64,000 bases of DNA from a candidate division FCPU426 bacterium (GCA_963796105.1 CAWCKJ010000007.1:1-64000), one strand, 5' to 3'. Shown: positions 10,960 to 21,159, counted from the stretch's first letter. Notes: generated from the letters alone by a model not told the origin. Program-made: numbers and translations.

Positions 10960-11947
10960 CATGCCTATCCGAACAACGCTTGCGCAGTAATGGGTTTTGC
11001 CAAAGCGCAAGCGGTTAAGGCCCGGTGAAATAAGGAATCTGGGTCATGGCGACGATTGAACCGATAAGTATATTCGCTCAAGTATCCAGGCAGATATTTC
11101 ACGTTGACTCCATGATGGGTTCCTAGGATCCAAGCCTTGGCGTTGGAAATGAATCGGTGGACCCAAGGTAACCAGTGATTTAACACCACTGGGTCATTGG
11201 CTGTTACCTGGTACTCCACATCCACGTTTTCCAAGTTTCTCAAGCTGGGACTGGCATCCGTGTTTATCATGGCGCCTTTCTGGATTGCTTGATCGACGAA
11301 TGCTTGGGCTTCCCACTTGGTTTCTGCGGTCACCTTTATCTTTGCAAAACCCGCTTTCTCTTTTTTGCGCCCTTTCTCATCTATCCATTCTTTGCTTTCA
11401 ACCGCCACCAGCACTTCAGCCTGGTTTTCCTTTTCTCTCTTGCCGAATACAGCCCCATCCAACTCAATGATTTCCTTGAGTTGGTAATTTTCATCCCTTT
11501 GTCGAAGACTTTCCCGAATCTTATGCAACATCCTCCAAACGGTATCGTAGGAGGGCATTCCCAATTGCCGCTGAAGTTCCAGGGCTGAAATGCCCCTTTT
11601 CCCTTGCATCACCAATCCAATCATCCTCAACCAGGTTAAGATTGGGATCTTGGATTTCCGGAAGATCGTTCCGGCTCGAAGCCGTATTTGCTTTCGACAA
11701 TAGTCACATTCCCGCACTTCGGGGCGGTTTTTGTGTTGCCAGAAACTTTCTCCTTCACATTGTGGGCAAACAAAGTCTTTTCCGGCAAAACGGCTCTTCC
11801 ACACCCATTGACGTGCCTTTTCTTCTGTATCGATTTCCTTGAAAATCTCAATCCCCTTCATCCGTTGGTAGTTCATAATTTGCCCCTCCAACAATGAGTA
11901 TACTCCTGTATTCCTTTATTTCAACAGGTACCGTTTGGAGAGGCATT
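10960..11947 (-). mobile_element. IS1595-family (ISXO2-like) insertion sequence, 988 bp
   Basis: Inverted ends CATGCCTATCCGAAC / GTTTGGAGAGGCATT; 8-bp TSD CATAATTG at 10952-10959 and 11948-11955. Confidence 0.93.
10965..11876 (-). CDS. IS1595-family transposase
   Basis: Zn ribbon CPQC...CDYC, AGTIF, GISALELQRQLG, IELDG, INTD, GTHHGV, YLSEYTYRFNRR. ATG 11876 has RBS GGAGGG. Confidence 0.93.
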   Translation of the reverse strand: MNYQRMKGIEIFKEIDTEEKARQWVWKSRFAGKDFVCPQCEGESFWQHKNRPEVRECDYCRKQIRLRAGTIFRKSKIPILTWLRMIGLVMQGKRGISALELQRQLGMPSYDTVWRMLHKIRESLRQRDENYQLKEIIELDGAVFGKREKENQAEVLVAVESKEWIDEKGRKKEKAGFAKIKVTAETKWEAQAFVDQAIQKGAMINTDASPSLRNLENVDVEYQVTANDPVVLNHWLPWVHRFISNAKAWILGTHHGVNVKYLPGYLSEYTYRFNRRHDPDSLFHRALTACALAKPITAQALFG

Positions 11948-12407
11948 CATAATTGTGACTCCCGTGTTGACTACTTGGCCGGGAACGGTCGGCAAATAAA
12001 TGATCCGGCCGTTTTCAGGGGAAAGAAGGGGTGTTGCCTGGTAATACTGTTCCCAACGTCCCAATTGGGAGATGCCTTGGGCGGCTGCTTCATCCAACAA
12101 GGTGGCCCGTTCGGTGGAGCTTAATTCCATAAGCTTTTGGCCTTTTCGGACGGTGTCCCCTTCACGCGAAAGGATTTTCTCGATTCTTCCCGATAGGGGC
12201 GGAAAGACGGCCAATTGATTGTGGGGCTGGACGTTTCCGGTTTCCAAGACGGAAGCCTGAATGTCTTCCCTCGTAACAAGCACCTCTTGAAAACCGTCTG
12301 AGACTCGCGCCTTTTTATCCCAGCCGAGACCGGTTAAGAGGGCTGCAAGACCCAAGGTCACTGCTGGAATGAGAATTTTCCATCGCATAGACATACATTC
12401 TTTCCCA

Positions 12408-13199
12408 TCAAGTCTTTCCCGGATTTTCGATTCGTCCGCTGGACGAGGACTGGAACTGGGTGGCTAAGTCACCGCTGAAAACGAGGGGCCCCACGTGCTG
12501 GAGGCGGCTTTTGAGGTCCGCCCAGATTTCCCCACCCATGTCGGTCCAGCGACGGCAAAAACTATGATCCTCACTCAGATAAATCCCCGTTTTCGGCTCA
12601 ATCATGCAGTTGAAAAAAGCGTACCGGAAAGGGTTTTTCTCCAACGGGTCGTCCATCGTGAATGCCCCCGTATAGCGTAGTTCTGGATAACGCTTCATCA
12701 TCCGCTCGAAAACCGCCCTGCGGATCAAGGTGAAACCCATACCCACGCGCCGGACTTTGGTGAAACCATCCCGCGTCTGAATCTTTTCGGGGTCCATGAC
12801 TTCGAAATCGTAATCCAAGACCGTCGATTCCAGATGGAGACGCCCCTCCCTGGCCATGGCTTCAAACCGGGAAAAGTTCAATCGCTTGTCCGGGTAAACC
12901 GCCGCTGCCACATCCACCCCGAGGTCCAGCAGGCGGAAAAGCTGTTCCGGCTCGAAACCTACGTCCGCGTCCACGAACAGGAGATGGGTAGCAGGTGTGT
13001 TGGCCAAGAACCGGGCCACGATGTCCTGGCGCGCCCGCTGGATCAGCGCGTCTCCCCATTGAGCCAGAACGTTAAAACCCACGTCGCCACGGCCATAACA
13101 GATTTTTTGCAGTTCCAGCACCGAATGAGCGTAGATGCTGTTCACCTGGGCCCCAAAACAAGGACTGCCGATCATGACATAAGGGGGAAATGGGTTCAT
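12408..13199 (-). CDS. GT-A fold glycosyltransferase-like protein (paralogue 1)
   Basis: [22 protein letters not shown] (DxD), GMGFTLIRR, YLSEDHSFCRRW, LQHVG. Confidence 0.75.
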   Translation of the reverse strand: MNPFPPYVMIGSPCFGAQVNSIYAHSVLELQKICYGRGDVGFNVLAQWGDALIQRARQDIVARFLANTPATHLLFVDADVGFEPEQLFRLLDLGVDVAAAVYPDKRLNFSRFEAMAREGRLHLESTVLDYDFEVMDPEKIQTRDGFTKVRRVGMGFTLIRRAVFERMMKRYPELRYTGAFTMDDPLEKNPFRYAFFNCMIEPKTGIYLSEDHSFCRRWTDMGGEIWADLKSRLQHVGPLVFSGDLATQFQSSSSGRIENPGKT

Positions 13200-13975
13200 G
13201 GAGCAGCCTTCCGGACCACGATTCCCGAGGGGGCATGTCCTCGGGTGAGGAAATCACCCTCGAAAGTCATCTGGCCCACATGGCTCAAACGGCTGCGCAA
13301 ATCCACCCAGATCTCGCCGCCCATGTCGGTCCATCTCCGGCAAAAGCTGTAATCTTCACTGAGATAAGCCCTGGTTTTTTCGTCTAGGAGGCAGTCAAAG
13401 AGCGCCGACCGGAAAGGGCTTCCGGCGAGGGGATCGGTCCTGCGGCTCACTCCGGAATAACTTAGTTCCGGATAATGTTTCACCATGGCGAGAAGAGCCT
13501 CGCGCCGGATCATCAGGAAGCCGGTACCGGCGTAACGCGCCTTCCCGAACCCGTCCCGTTCGACAGCGGGTTTATCCAGTTCCACCACATAGCGAAGGTT
13601 TCCGGTTTGCGGCCGTTCGTAATTGCCCATGACCAGGGCCTTCACCCTGGCCCAATCGACCCGCTTCAAGGGATAGGCCCCAGCCGTTATTTCCGCGTTG
13701 AATTTCAGGAGCCGGAAAACCTGTTCCGGCTCGAATTGGATGTCCGCGTCGACGAACAAAAGGTGAGTGGCGTCCTGGATTTCCAGGAACTTGGCCGCCA
13801 TGTCCTGGCGGGCCCGGGTAATCAGGGGGTCGTTTGGGTTCAACAGGATGGTTACTTGTAACCCTTCCCGTATAAAAGCCTCCTGCAACCTCAGCAGAGA
13901 GAAAAAATACGCGCTGGTCAATTGGCCGCCGAAGCAGGGGGTGGCTACTATCAGGTGGATGCGGGATTTGACCAT
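13196..13975 (-). CDS. GT-A fold glycosyltransferase-like protein (paralogue 2)
   Basis: [45 protein letters not shown]. Confidence 0.75.
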   Translation of the reverse strand: MVKSRIHLIVATPCFGGQLTSAYFFSLLRLQEAFIREGLQVTILLNPNDPLITRARQDMAAKFLEIQDATHLLFVDADIQFEPEQVFRLLKFNAEITAGAYPLKRVDWARVKALVMGNYERPQTGNLRYVVELDKPAVERDGFGKARYAGTGFLMIRREALLAMVKHYPELSYSGVSRRTDPLAGSPFRSALFDCLLDEKTRAYLSEDYSFCRRWTDMGGEIWVDLRSRLSHVGQMTFEGDFLTRGHAPSGIVVRKAAP

Positions 13976-14117
13976 AGTTTTTTCATCCTCGAAATAATTC
14001 CGTATCCAAAAAAACGTGGATTTTCATTTGGAAAATTCGCGTTGCCTTCCGTTCAACGATATAAATTTCAAGTCCGGATTTTGACCATGCTTGCAAGATA
14101 TGTCATTTGGTAAACCT

Positions 14118-16364
14118 TTATGTCGTCTTTGACTGGAAGGAAATGGCGCTCGATGTTGTGCCACCCAAAATGCTCACCAAATCGGAATACATCTGGTCGA
14201 TTACCTGCAGAACTTGAAGTAACGCGTTGTAAGTAATCAAGGATTGCTCGGCCTGCTGTTCTATGGTTGCAATGGGAACACCCGGGGTTGACGAAGTGGA
14301 ACTCGACCCGCTGGTGGTACCGGTTGAAACCCCCGCGATATTGGCTTGGGCGTTATTCAATTGGGTCAATGAATCCGAAGCCTGGGTGGCAAGGGTTTCT
14401 TGATTTGAATAATCGTTGCTGATTTGGGTCAGAAACCCGGAAGCCAGGTTCCCAACGGAAGTTAGATTGCCGTTTAAACCCGTAAAAACTGAGAAATTTC
14501 CGGAATTGTCAACAACTGTCAAGGGTTGCGGGGTATGGTCGTAAAGGGTCAAAGTCTGTGTGCCCGTGTTGAAACTAGCCGTTACGGCATTCCCGGTTAC
14601 CGCGGCAATTTGCGTGGCAATCGCCTGTAAAGACATGGTATTGGTCCAGTTGATCTTGTAGGTCTGATTATTCCCGGCCGTGATAGTAAAAGTCCCGCTA
14701 GTGCCGGGGGTCACCCTAAAAGCCTCGACATTGGGGCCGGTATTGAAAGCCGTACCGAGAATACTCGAGTTCATGGCCGTCGCAGCGGGATCAGCGAGAT
14801 CGACATAATCAATCTTCGGCTCCGATCCAGCAAAACTATTGTTCATCCGAATAGAGCTGCTTATAGCATTGGAAAGATTGCTCCAATTTGATACTCCCCC
14901 GGCAAAATTCCCAGAAACATTAACCAGGCTTACCGGATTGTTGGAAAGAATGAAAAATTGCCGGGAAGTTGCGTTATAAACGGCATCCACATTCGGGTCA
15001 GCCGCGTTGATTTTCGCGAGGATGCTGTCAATCGAGTCGGCGGTTGTATAAGTTACCAATTGCTGGTTAACGGTAAAGGAACCAGCTACGGGTATCATGG
15101 AAAAAACCTGGGAACTAATGGCTTGCGTGGGATCAATAGTTGCGCCGGCAATCCCAGGTTGGCTTTCCATAAAGTTGTTCCCCAAAAGATTCGGAAGATT
15201 ACCTAAAAATTTCGCGATTGTCCCATCAGTGGTATCGTTAGGGTTGATTGCTGCGGCCAGCAATACGTTATTGGAAATCAAGCCGCCGCTTACACTGATA
15301 TTCCCGGCACCTGTTCCCGTAAAAAATGCTGTCCCAGTTGTTGTTCCGTTGGCCGCGTAACCCGCTTTATGGAGGATGTTGGTGACATTCAGTACCGAGG
15401 TGGCGATTTGGTCAACCTGATCTTTGTAGGATTCCAAAACGACGTCTCGCGCCTGTAACTCACCGGCAAGGTTTCCCCCCGTGATTAATGTTGTAACATC
15501 CGAAACAATTACTTGTCCGGTCGGCGTTTGGGAGGTATAGACAATTGTTCCATTGGGGGATTGTATCGATATGCCCACCAAGTTTGGATTATGCTGGTTT
15601 GAGAGATTAGTCTGAAAAATAGCCGCCCCGGAAGAATCCACCAAGGTGATTCCGCCGATAACAACTCTCACAGTTCCATTGTCCCCAATTACAGCCTGAT
15701 TGTTGATTAATCTGGAAAGACGGTCTAAGGCGTAATCCCGGGCGTCCAAAAGGCTATTTTGGTTCGATCCTTGGGTGGTATTAAGCTCTTTGTTGATGGA
15801 GGATAATTGCTGGAGGATCTGGTTGATCTGCGTTACCGTTGTATTGATTTCGCCATTCATGTCCGTCTGTTCGGTTTGCAACTCCTCATACTGGGAGTTA
15901 GCCAATTGGGCGAAAGTCACGCCGTCATTGACGACGTCTGTGCGCAAGCCGGTATTCGTTGGATCAGCTGCTAAATTCGTCCATGCTTGGGCGAAATTGG
16001 TCAAGGCCGTGCTTAAGGTTGAACTTCCGTCCACAATGCCCTTTATATTGCTGAGGGCCTGGGATAATATTTCCGCCTTTCCCAATACTGAACTTTCCTG
16101 CTGGATCTGCTGGTCCAGGAACAAGCTTCTTAAACGCGTGATGCTTTGGACATGGGACCCGGTTCCCACCGAAAGATATTGGTTTCCCGAATAAAAGGAA
16201 GTGGAAATTCCATCCTCCACATTAACTCTTTCAAGGCTATTCATTAAATAACCATTGGAGTCAAGAGAAGTCTGGGCTAGGTTCGACGCGGTTACATCCT
16301 GTTCCAATTGTTGGAGAACCAAAGCACTCGTAATCGTGTAAAGACTTTGAAAACTGTTGATCAT
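14118..16364 (-). CDS. flgK: Divergent flagellar hook-associated protein FlgK (HAP1)-like
   Basis: VGTGSHVQSITRLRSLFLDQQ, LSTALTNFAQAWTNLAADP, VTQINQILQQLSSINKEL, NSLLDARDYALDRLSRLI, GGNLAGELQARD. The N- and C-terminal D0 motifs are non-canonical. Confidence 0.75.
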   Translation of the reverse strand: MINSFQSLYTITSALVLQQLEQDVTASNLAQTSLDSNGYLMNSLERVNVEDGISTSFYSGNQYLSVGTGSHVQSITRLRSLFLDQQIQQESSVLGKAEILSQALSNIKGIVDGSSTLSTALTNFAQAWTNLAADPTNTGLRTDVVNDGVTFAQLANSQYEELQTEQTDMNGEINTTVTQINQILQQLSSINKELNTTQGSNQNSLLDARDYALDRLSRLINNQAVIGDNGTVRVVIGGITLVDSSGAAIFQTNLSNQHNPNLVGISIQSPNGTIVYTSQTPTGQVIVSDVTTLITGGNLAGELQARDVVLESYKDQVDQIATSVLNVTNILHKAGYAANGTTTGTAFFTGTGAGNISVSGGLISNNVLLAAAINPNDTTDGTIAKFLGNLPNLLGNNFMESQPGIAGATIDPTQAISSQVFSMIPVAGSFTVNQQLVTYTTADSIDSILAKINAADPNVDAVYNATSRQFFILSNNPVSLVNVSGNFAGGVSNWSNLSNAISSSIRMNNSFAGSEPKIDYVDLADPAATAMNSSILGTAFNTGPNVEAFRVTPGTSGTFTITAGNNQTYKINWTNTMSLQAIATQIAAVTGNAVTASFNTGTQTLTLYDHTPQPLTVVDNSGNFSVFTGLNGNLTSVGNLASGFLTQISNDYSNQETLATQASDSLTQLNNAQANIAGVSTGTTSGSSSTSSTPGVPIATIEQQAEQSLITYNALLQVLQVIDQMYSDLVSILGGTTSSAISFQSKTT

Positions 16365-16522
16365 GGCTTCCCCCTAAACGGTCTTGTTCACGCGCGTGCT
16401 TCTTTTAGTTTCCCCATCCCAACCTAAATAAAATGATTTAGTCGGACAGGGTTAAGGCCGATAAAGCGTTGGCGAAGCTTCCGATGCCGGCCAGCATGAA
16501 GCTTCGCTGTAGTGGACTTTAA

Positions 16523-16538
16523 AGCAAATGCCATACCA
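16523..16538 (-). promoter_or_regulatory. sigma54 promoter for the flgK-like gene and downstream GT/MFP genes
   Basis: TGGTATGGCATTTGCT on the - strand. Confidence 0.75.
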
Positions 16539-16710
16539 GTTTTCCGACGAAAAATCCGGTCATTTTCAAACATCAACGGAATTGTCTTAACGGTTATTCG
16601 GCGGGGCGCCAAAAATTGGTTAATAAAAGATCGAACCCTGTCACGGAGAATTCGAGTCCTATAATTGGCATTCGATGCTTTTTACATACGGTTTTCCACC
16701 AAGGGCCGAT

Positions 16711-18195
16711 TCATAGCGCCACCAATAATTTCCCCGTCAAGAGAACCCTGTCCCCTTTTTTAATGGCGTAATAGTAAATCCCACTTGAAACCTTGTTTCC
16801 AAAGTCATTGCGGCCATCCCATTCGATCAAACCGTTCACCTCCCGCTCGGTGTTCACCAGTTCCCCTGAAACCGTGTAGATTTCCAGGGAAGAACCGGAG
16901 GGACAAAGGTAGGCCTTTAAAACCCCGCCTACGGCTTTCTGGAGGGTAAATGGGTTGGGCCAAACATGCAGACCAATTGGAGTGGGAGTCACGGTTGGAG
17001 TAAGGGTCGTGGTCGGGCTCACCGTTGGAGTGGAGGAAAGGGTGGGTGTAGACGTGAAGGTGGAAGTGTAAGTTACAGTAGGAGTATCAGTAGGGCTGGG
17101 GCTGGAGGTAACCGTGGCCGTCATCGTGGGAGTGCCTGACGGCGTCGCGGTCAGGGTGTCGGTCGGCGACGGCGAATCCGTCGAAGTGGCTGTTTCCGTG
17201 GGGGTCCAGGTTTTGGTGCCTGTGGATGTAGGTGTAAAAGTCGGGGTGGGCGTATTAGTCGGTGTCGGCGTGGATGTCGCTCGGAGCACCCCCTGGTTCA
17301 GCCCATAATAGGTGATCCAGGTTAAAGATTGCCCCGGCGCAAGGACTTGGCTCAATCCCGATTCACTGCCGGTCCCGGTCCACCATATCACCACGGCGCT
17401 GTCCGTCGTCGGTGCGCTTGAGCTGAGGGTCCATTGGGACGTTCCATTGACCGTGTTCCAATCGGCGACCTCGAAAACATCAGGTTTGGTGGCAGCTTCC
17501 CCGTAGGGGTTGTTATAAAGGACACCCCTTCCTACCAACGTGGCGGTACCGGGGGGCGGAACGTCATAGTCCCACCAATCCGGGGGGACCGTCCCGGTGG
17601 AGGCCTTCCAAACCCAGGCGGAACTTGACGTGCTGATAACGCTGTTTCCGTTGTCGATGGAAATATTAGTACCGTCGACTCTGTTCACCTCCGTGTCCAA
17701 CTCCACCCGGCATCCGATATTATGAGAAACGCCGCTATTGTTGGTGGCGGTATATTTAAGTTCCATCATGTCCGCCCGAGAACCAGTTACGACGTTGTTC
17801 ACGATCTCGTAGTGGCTTCTCAAATCTATATTTGATACAACCTCCGACCCTTCGATATAAGCCCCCAGTCCTGTCTCGGGCGAGGAAGCCGTCATGGCGG
17901 TTCCAACCGTGTAACCGTCTTGGAGGTCATAGGGAGTTCCATCGATGTTGAAAACGATATGGGAAGTGCCTATCGCATAATAAATGGTTTGGGTACTGGT
18001 TGAAAAATACATGTCATAAAGCAGTGAAGCATAGCTGGGGCTATAGGAATAGGAAGTTCCGACGACCATATCCTGAAGCGTCGTATCGGCGATCATTAGG
18101 ATATACGGACTATCAATGAATATGTCGGCCAAGGCTGGGATCGGCAATAAAGAAATTATAAAAAGTATCCCTAAGGCAGAGAGGGTCCTTCCCAT
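16711..18195 (-). CDS. Secreted protein: unknown N-terminal beta-domain, TPT linker, FlgD-Ig/T9SS-CTD-like C-terminus
   Basis: Signal peptide ending ALA; TPT repeats; HVWPNPFT...[10 protein letters not shown]...[18 protein letters not shown]...GKLLV. Confidence 0.75.
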   Translation of the reverse strand: MGRTLSALGILFIISLLPIPALADIFIDSPYILMIADTTLQDMVVGTSYSYSPSYASLLYDMYFSTSTQTIYYAIGTSHIVFNIDGTPYDLQDGYTVGTAMTASSPETGLGAYIEGSEVVSNIDLRSHYEIVNNVVTGSRADMMELKYTATNNSGVSHNIGCRVELDTEVNRVDGTNISIDNGNSVISTSSSAWVWKASTGTVPPDWWDYDVPPPGTATLVGRGVLYNNPYGEAATKPDVFEVADWNTVNGTSQWTLSSSAPTTDSAVVIWWTGTGSESGLSQVLAPGQSLTWITYYGLNQGVLRATSTPTPTNTPTPTFTPTSTGTKTWTPTETATSTDSPSPTDTLTATPSGTPTMTATVTSSPSPTDTPTVTYTSTFTSTPTLSSTPTVSPTTTLTPTVTPTPIGLHVWPNPFTLQKAVGGVLKAYLCPSGSSLEIYTVSGELVNTEREVNGLIEWDGRNDFGNKVSSGIYYYAIKKGDRVLLTGKLLVAL

Positions 18196-18196
18196 A

Positions 18197-18985
18197 TCAA
18201 GTTTTTAATGTTGTGGATTCGAGTGGGGTTGGGAGGTCGTACTGGGTAGTCAAGATACCTTTGAAAGCGACGGTTCCTACGTGCACCAGTCGGCTTTCCA
18301 GGTCTACCCAGATTTCCCCGCCCATTTTTCGCCAGCGGTAGCAAAAACTGTAATCCTCGCTCAAGTAGGTATCCGTGGTCTCGTCGATGAGACAATTGAA
18401 AAGCGCACAACGCCAGGGGCTGCCCGTTAAAGGATCCCCAGCCTGGTGTTCCCTCGAAAACCGGAGATCTTGGTAATGTTCCACCATGGAGGATAGGGCC
18501 TTGCGACTGACCATTAAGAAACCACCCCCGACATATCGTGCCTTAGCGAACCGGATACTGTTTTCTTGGAACTGGGGGTCTTCCAAATCCAGGACGTAAG
18601 ATAAAGATGAGGATTCAAGGGGCATGCGTCCGGCCTTTGCATGTTCGGTGATCTTCGCCCAGTCATAAAGTTTGGTGGGATAGACGGCGGCGACCATATC
18701 CACGCCAATATCCAGGAGCCGAAATACTTGGTCCGGTTCGAAACCCAAATCCGCGTCCACGAACAAAAGATGGGTGGTCGAAGTATTTTCCAGGAAGTAG
18801 GCGACGATATCCTGTCTAGCCCGGGTAATCAACGCGTCGCCCCATAAAAGGTTCACGCTCAAATCCAAATCTCCTCGTTTAATACAAGCTTGGTGGAGTT
18901 TCAGGAGCGACGTAGTGTAAAGACTGGCCGTTTGCCCGTTGAAACAAGGGGTGCCGACCACTAGGTGGGTCCTGGGTTCAGTCAT
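18197..18985 (-). CDS. GT-A fold glycosyltransferase-like protein (paralogue 3)
   Basis: [45 protein letters not shown]. Confidence 0.75.
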   Translation of the reverse strand: MTEPRTHLVVGTPCFNGQTASLYTTSLLKLHQACIKRGDLDLSVNLLWGDALITRARQDIVAYFLENTSTTHLLFVDADLGFEPDQVFRLLDIGVDMVAAVYPTKLYDWAKITEHAKAGRMPLESSSLSYVLDLEDPQFQENSIRFAKARYVGGGFLMVSRKALSSMVEHYQDLRFSREHQAGDPLTGSPWRCALFNCLIDETTDTYLSEDYSFCYRWRKMGGEIWVDLESRLVHVGTVAFKGILTTQYDLPTPLESTTLKT

Positions 18986-19386
18986 GCGATATCCTTTCGT
19001 TTGGATGGAACTCAGGTCCTATAACGAAACCAGTTTATAGGTTTCATTTTGGGGCCCTTTTAATGCAGGCCTTCCATTCCGGATGGACGTCGCGGGAACG
19101 ATTCAGGCCGCGTAAGCGGATAAAAAAATAGGTGCGGAGGCTCCCTGAAGCCGTAAGTAACCGCACCTTTTTTCGTCGGGTTTGATTAATTTAAACCACG
19201 ATGTCAATACCGCCTGGGCGCATCGTAACGGTTTTGGTGCCGCACTGGTAACTTGAAACAGTCTAGGAAACCGGTTGTGAATATAAAGCCGTGGATGCAA
19301 CGGCCTCCAAATCTCGTTAATCCAGGTAAAAAAGAATGCTGCTCATAGGAACGTTGGTTTTACCGGCCGTCCCTGTTTTCGTCCTT

Positions 19387-19818
19387 TTAGACCAACGTAT
19401 TAATTTTGCTAGTGTCGGATAGCGTTGCTGTGGAACTCGATTGAACCGAAGATTGGATGAGTGAGAAATTGTTCGTTAACGGCGTTATATCCATGGCTAG
19501 AATGGCTAACAACTCCTCGATGAGCCGCAATAGTTTTGCCAACTCGGTGGTAGTGACCGTTCCGGTCGTAGTGTTCGTACCGTCCGTGGAGGAAGAAGCC
19601 GCATTCCCTGTGGCGTCGGACGTCGATCCCGTTGTGGAATCGGTGGAAGTGACACCCGATATTTCGGATTCCAATTGAGAAATTTCTTTTTCCAATCCCG
19701 TTACAAAACTGGACCCGGTATCAGTGGAGGAGGTGGACTTCGTCGCGGTTTCCAATTCGCTAAGCAAAGTTTGAATTGTGGAGGTGGAATTTGATCCCAC
19801 GGATGAGATGTTAGTCAT
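19387..19818 (-). CDS. Ser/Thr-rich small protein, possibly a FlxA-like flagellar export substrate
   Basis: RBS AAGGAG; no Sec signal; S/T-rich N-terminus like the adjacent FlgD; short coiled coil LEKEISQLESEIS; ends KINTLV. Confidence 0.55.
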   Translation of the reverse strand: MTNISSVGSNSTSTIQTLLSELETATKSTSSTDTGSSFVTGLEKEISQLESEISGVTSTDSTTGSTSDATGNAASSSTDGTNTTTGTVTTTELAKLLRLIEELLAILAMDITPLTNNFSLIQSSVQSSSTATLSDTSKINTLV

Positions 19819-19932
19819 GGTTTCATCTCCTTTAAAAATTTTAACTTATTTACTAAGCAGCGAGTGTTATGTCCTAATTAAATCGAGCAAACGCCGAAGC
19901 TTCCAGGGTGTTGTTTTTAACCTAAGAACCTA

Positions 19933-20358
19933 TCAGCTTCCCGTTGTTGTCGTGATATCCCCGACGTTTTGGACATCCGAAAGGGGATAATTCGTTCCGT
20001 TGACTTGTACCGCCGGCCCATTCGAGTAATAAACGATCCCGGTGACGGTTCCCTGCACATAGCCCGTCGATGAACTGGAATCGGATACCGTTACCGTTTT
20101 TCCGATCAAAGACACGGCGGAATTTTCCAAAACCGTTTCCATTTTCGTGCTTAATGCCGTCATTTGCTCGAGGGAGGAAAACTGCGCCAATTGGGACACA
20201 AACTGGCTGCTGTCTTGCGGATTTAATGGATCCTGGTTTTCCAGCTGAGTGATTAAAAGCTGTAAAAATGTGTCCTCCGACACGAATTGACTATTGCTGG
20301 TAACACTTGAAACGGCGCTCGATAACGCACTACTGACGCTGCTGACGCTAGTGGACAT
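19933..20358 (-). CDS. flgD: Flagellar hook capping protein FlgD (short form)
   Basis: FLQLLITQLENQDPLNPQDSSQFVSQLAQFSSLEQM, AVSLIGKTV. Confidence 0.93.
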   Translation of the reverse strand: MSTSVSSVSSALSSAVSSVTSNSQFVSEDTFLQLLITQLENQDPLNPQDSSQFVSQLAQFSSLEQMTALSTKMETVLENSAVSLIGKTVTVSDSSSSTGYVQGTVTGIVYYSNGPAVQVNGTNYPLSDVQNVGDITTTTGS

Positions 20359-20394
20359 ATCAAATCCTCCTATTTTTCCGGCAAATCATTTTAA

Positions 20395-20410
20395 AGCAAG
20401 TCTCATACCA
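20395..20410 (-). promoter_or_regulatory. sigma54 promoter for flgD
   Basis: TGGTATGAGACTTGCT on the - strand, 37 bp before the ATG. Confidence 0.75.
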
Positions 20411-20462
20411 ACCGTGATCGTGGTAAAAAATCGTGGTTTTATCAAAAGCGGACCGGTTTGCT

Positions 20463-20499
20463 GTAAAAATTTTGGTTAAGACGCCGGATTTCGGTTAAG
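20463..20499. promoter_or_regulatory. Candidate enhancer (UAS) for the NtrC-family activator
   Basis: 29/37 identical to 21816-21852; both lie upstream of sigma54 sites. Confidence 0.55.
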
Positions 20500-20615
20500 G
20501 ATGGTTTTAAATGCCGAAGGAACCTGGGAAGTTCAGAAAACTGGAAGATGAACATCAGAAATACATATTTAACTGTGGGTCAGAAAATATTTACGGAAAG
20601 TATAAAATAAAGGCT

Positions 20616-21148
20616 TAATAGATACCCACGGGCAAGCCCGTGGTACTAAAATCAAAATTCAAGCTCCGCTTGACCTGAATCCTGGCGTTGCTGCCATTTC
20701 ACATAGCGGATGATTTTTGCCTCGTCGATTCCCACCGTAGAGACAAAATATCCAGGTGACCAAACCAAATTTTCTTTCCAGTACACCTTCCCTATCCACG
20801 AAAACTTTTCCCTCAGATAGCCTGAGCTTTGACTTTTCAACCGGCTTACCACCGCACTCACGGCGTATTTCGGGGGAATAATCATTACCGTATGTATGTG
20901 GTCCGGTCGGATATTCTGTTCTATCACCTCGCATCCAGGCATCTCCGTCAATATCTTCGGGAAAACTTTCCTCAAGTATCCGGCCACGCCAGGATTCAGG
21001 ATGCTCCGGCGATACTTCGGTATCCACACAATGTGGTATTCCGTTCGGTATGCACTGTGTCCTGACAGGCGGGTTTTCATCCCCTTATTGTATCGCCTTC
21101 GCAGCCTTCACCCACGGGCAAGCCCGTGGAACTCAAAATCGGCTATTA
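20616..21148 (-). mobile_element. IS200/IS605-family element, tnpA only (ends approximate)
   Basis: Identical hairpin-forming ACCCACGGGCAAGCCCGTGG at 20624-20643 and 21110-21129 flanking tnpA. Confidence 0.85.
20652..21080 (-). CDS. tnpA: IS200 Y1 HUH transposase TnpA
   Basis: YHIVWIPKYRR, PDHIH (HUH), WSPGYFVSTVG, IIRYVKWQ (catalytic Y). Confidence 0.95.
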   Translation of the reverse strand: MKTRLSGHSAYRTEYHIVWIPKYRRSILNPGVAGYLRKVFPKILTEMPGCEVIEQNIRPDHIHTVMIIPPKYAVSAVVSRLKSQSSGYLREKFSWIGKVYWKENLVWSPGYFVSTVGIDEAKIIRYVKWQQRQDSGQAELEF

Positions 21149-21159
21149 GAAGTTGAATA

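Larger units (their letters stand above)
10388..12394 (-). pseudogene. MacA-like efflux periplasmic adaptor (membrane fusion protein) split by IS1595
   Basis: 5' half has SGRIEKILSREGDTVRKGQKL and SPENGRII; 3' half has VDETDLALIKLGQKA, MRSGMTANV and ISGLKEGD. The halves rejoin in frame (GVTIM-VMSDRL) once the IS is removed. Confidence 0.9.

Noticed and set aside
16438..16464. sigma28-like TTAG-N15-GCCGATAA
   Set aside because: It is on the + strand pointing away from flgK with no gene downstream, and the -35 box is weak.
20616..21148. Possible TnpB/IscB RNA-guided nuclease with the IS200 element
   Set aside because: Only tnpA fits between the two terminal hairpins.
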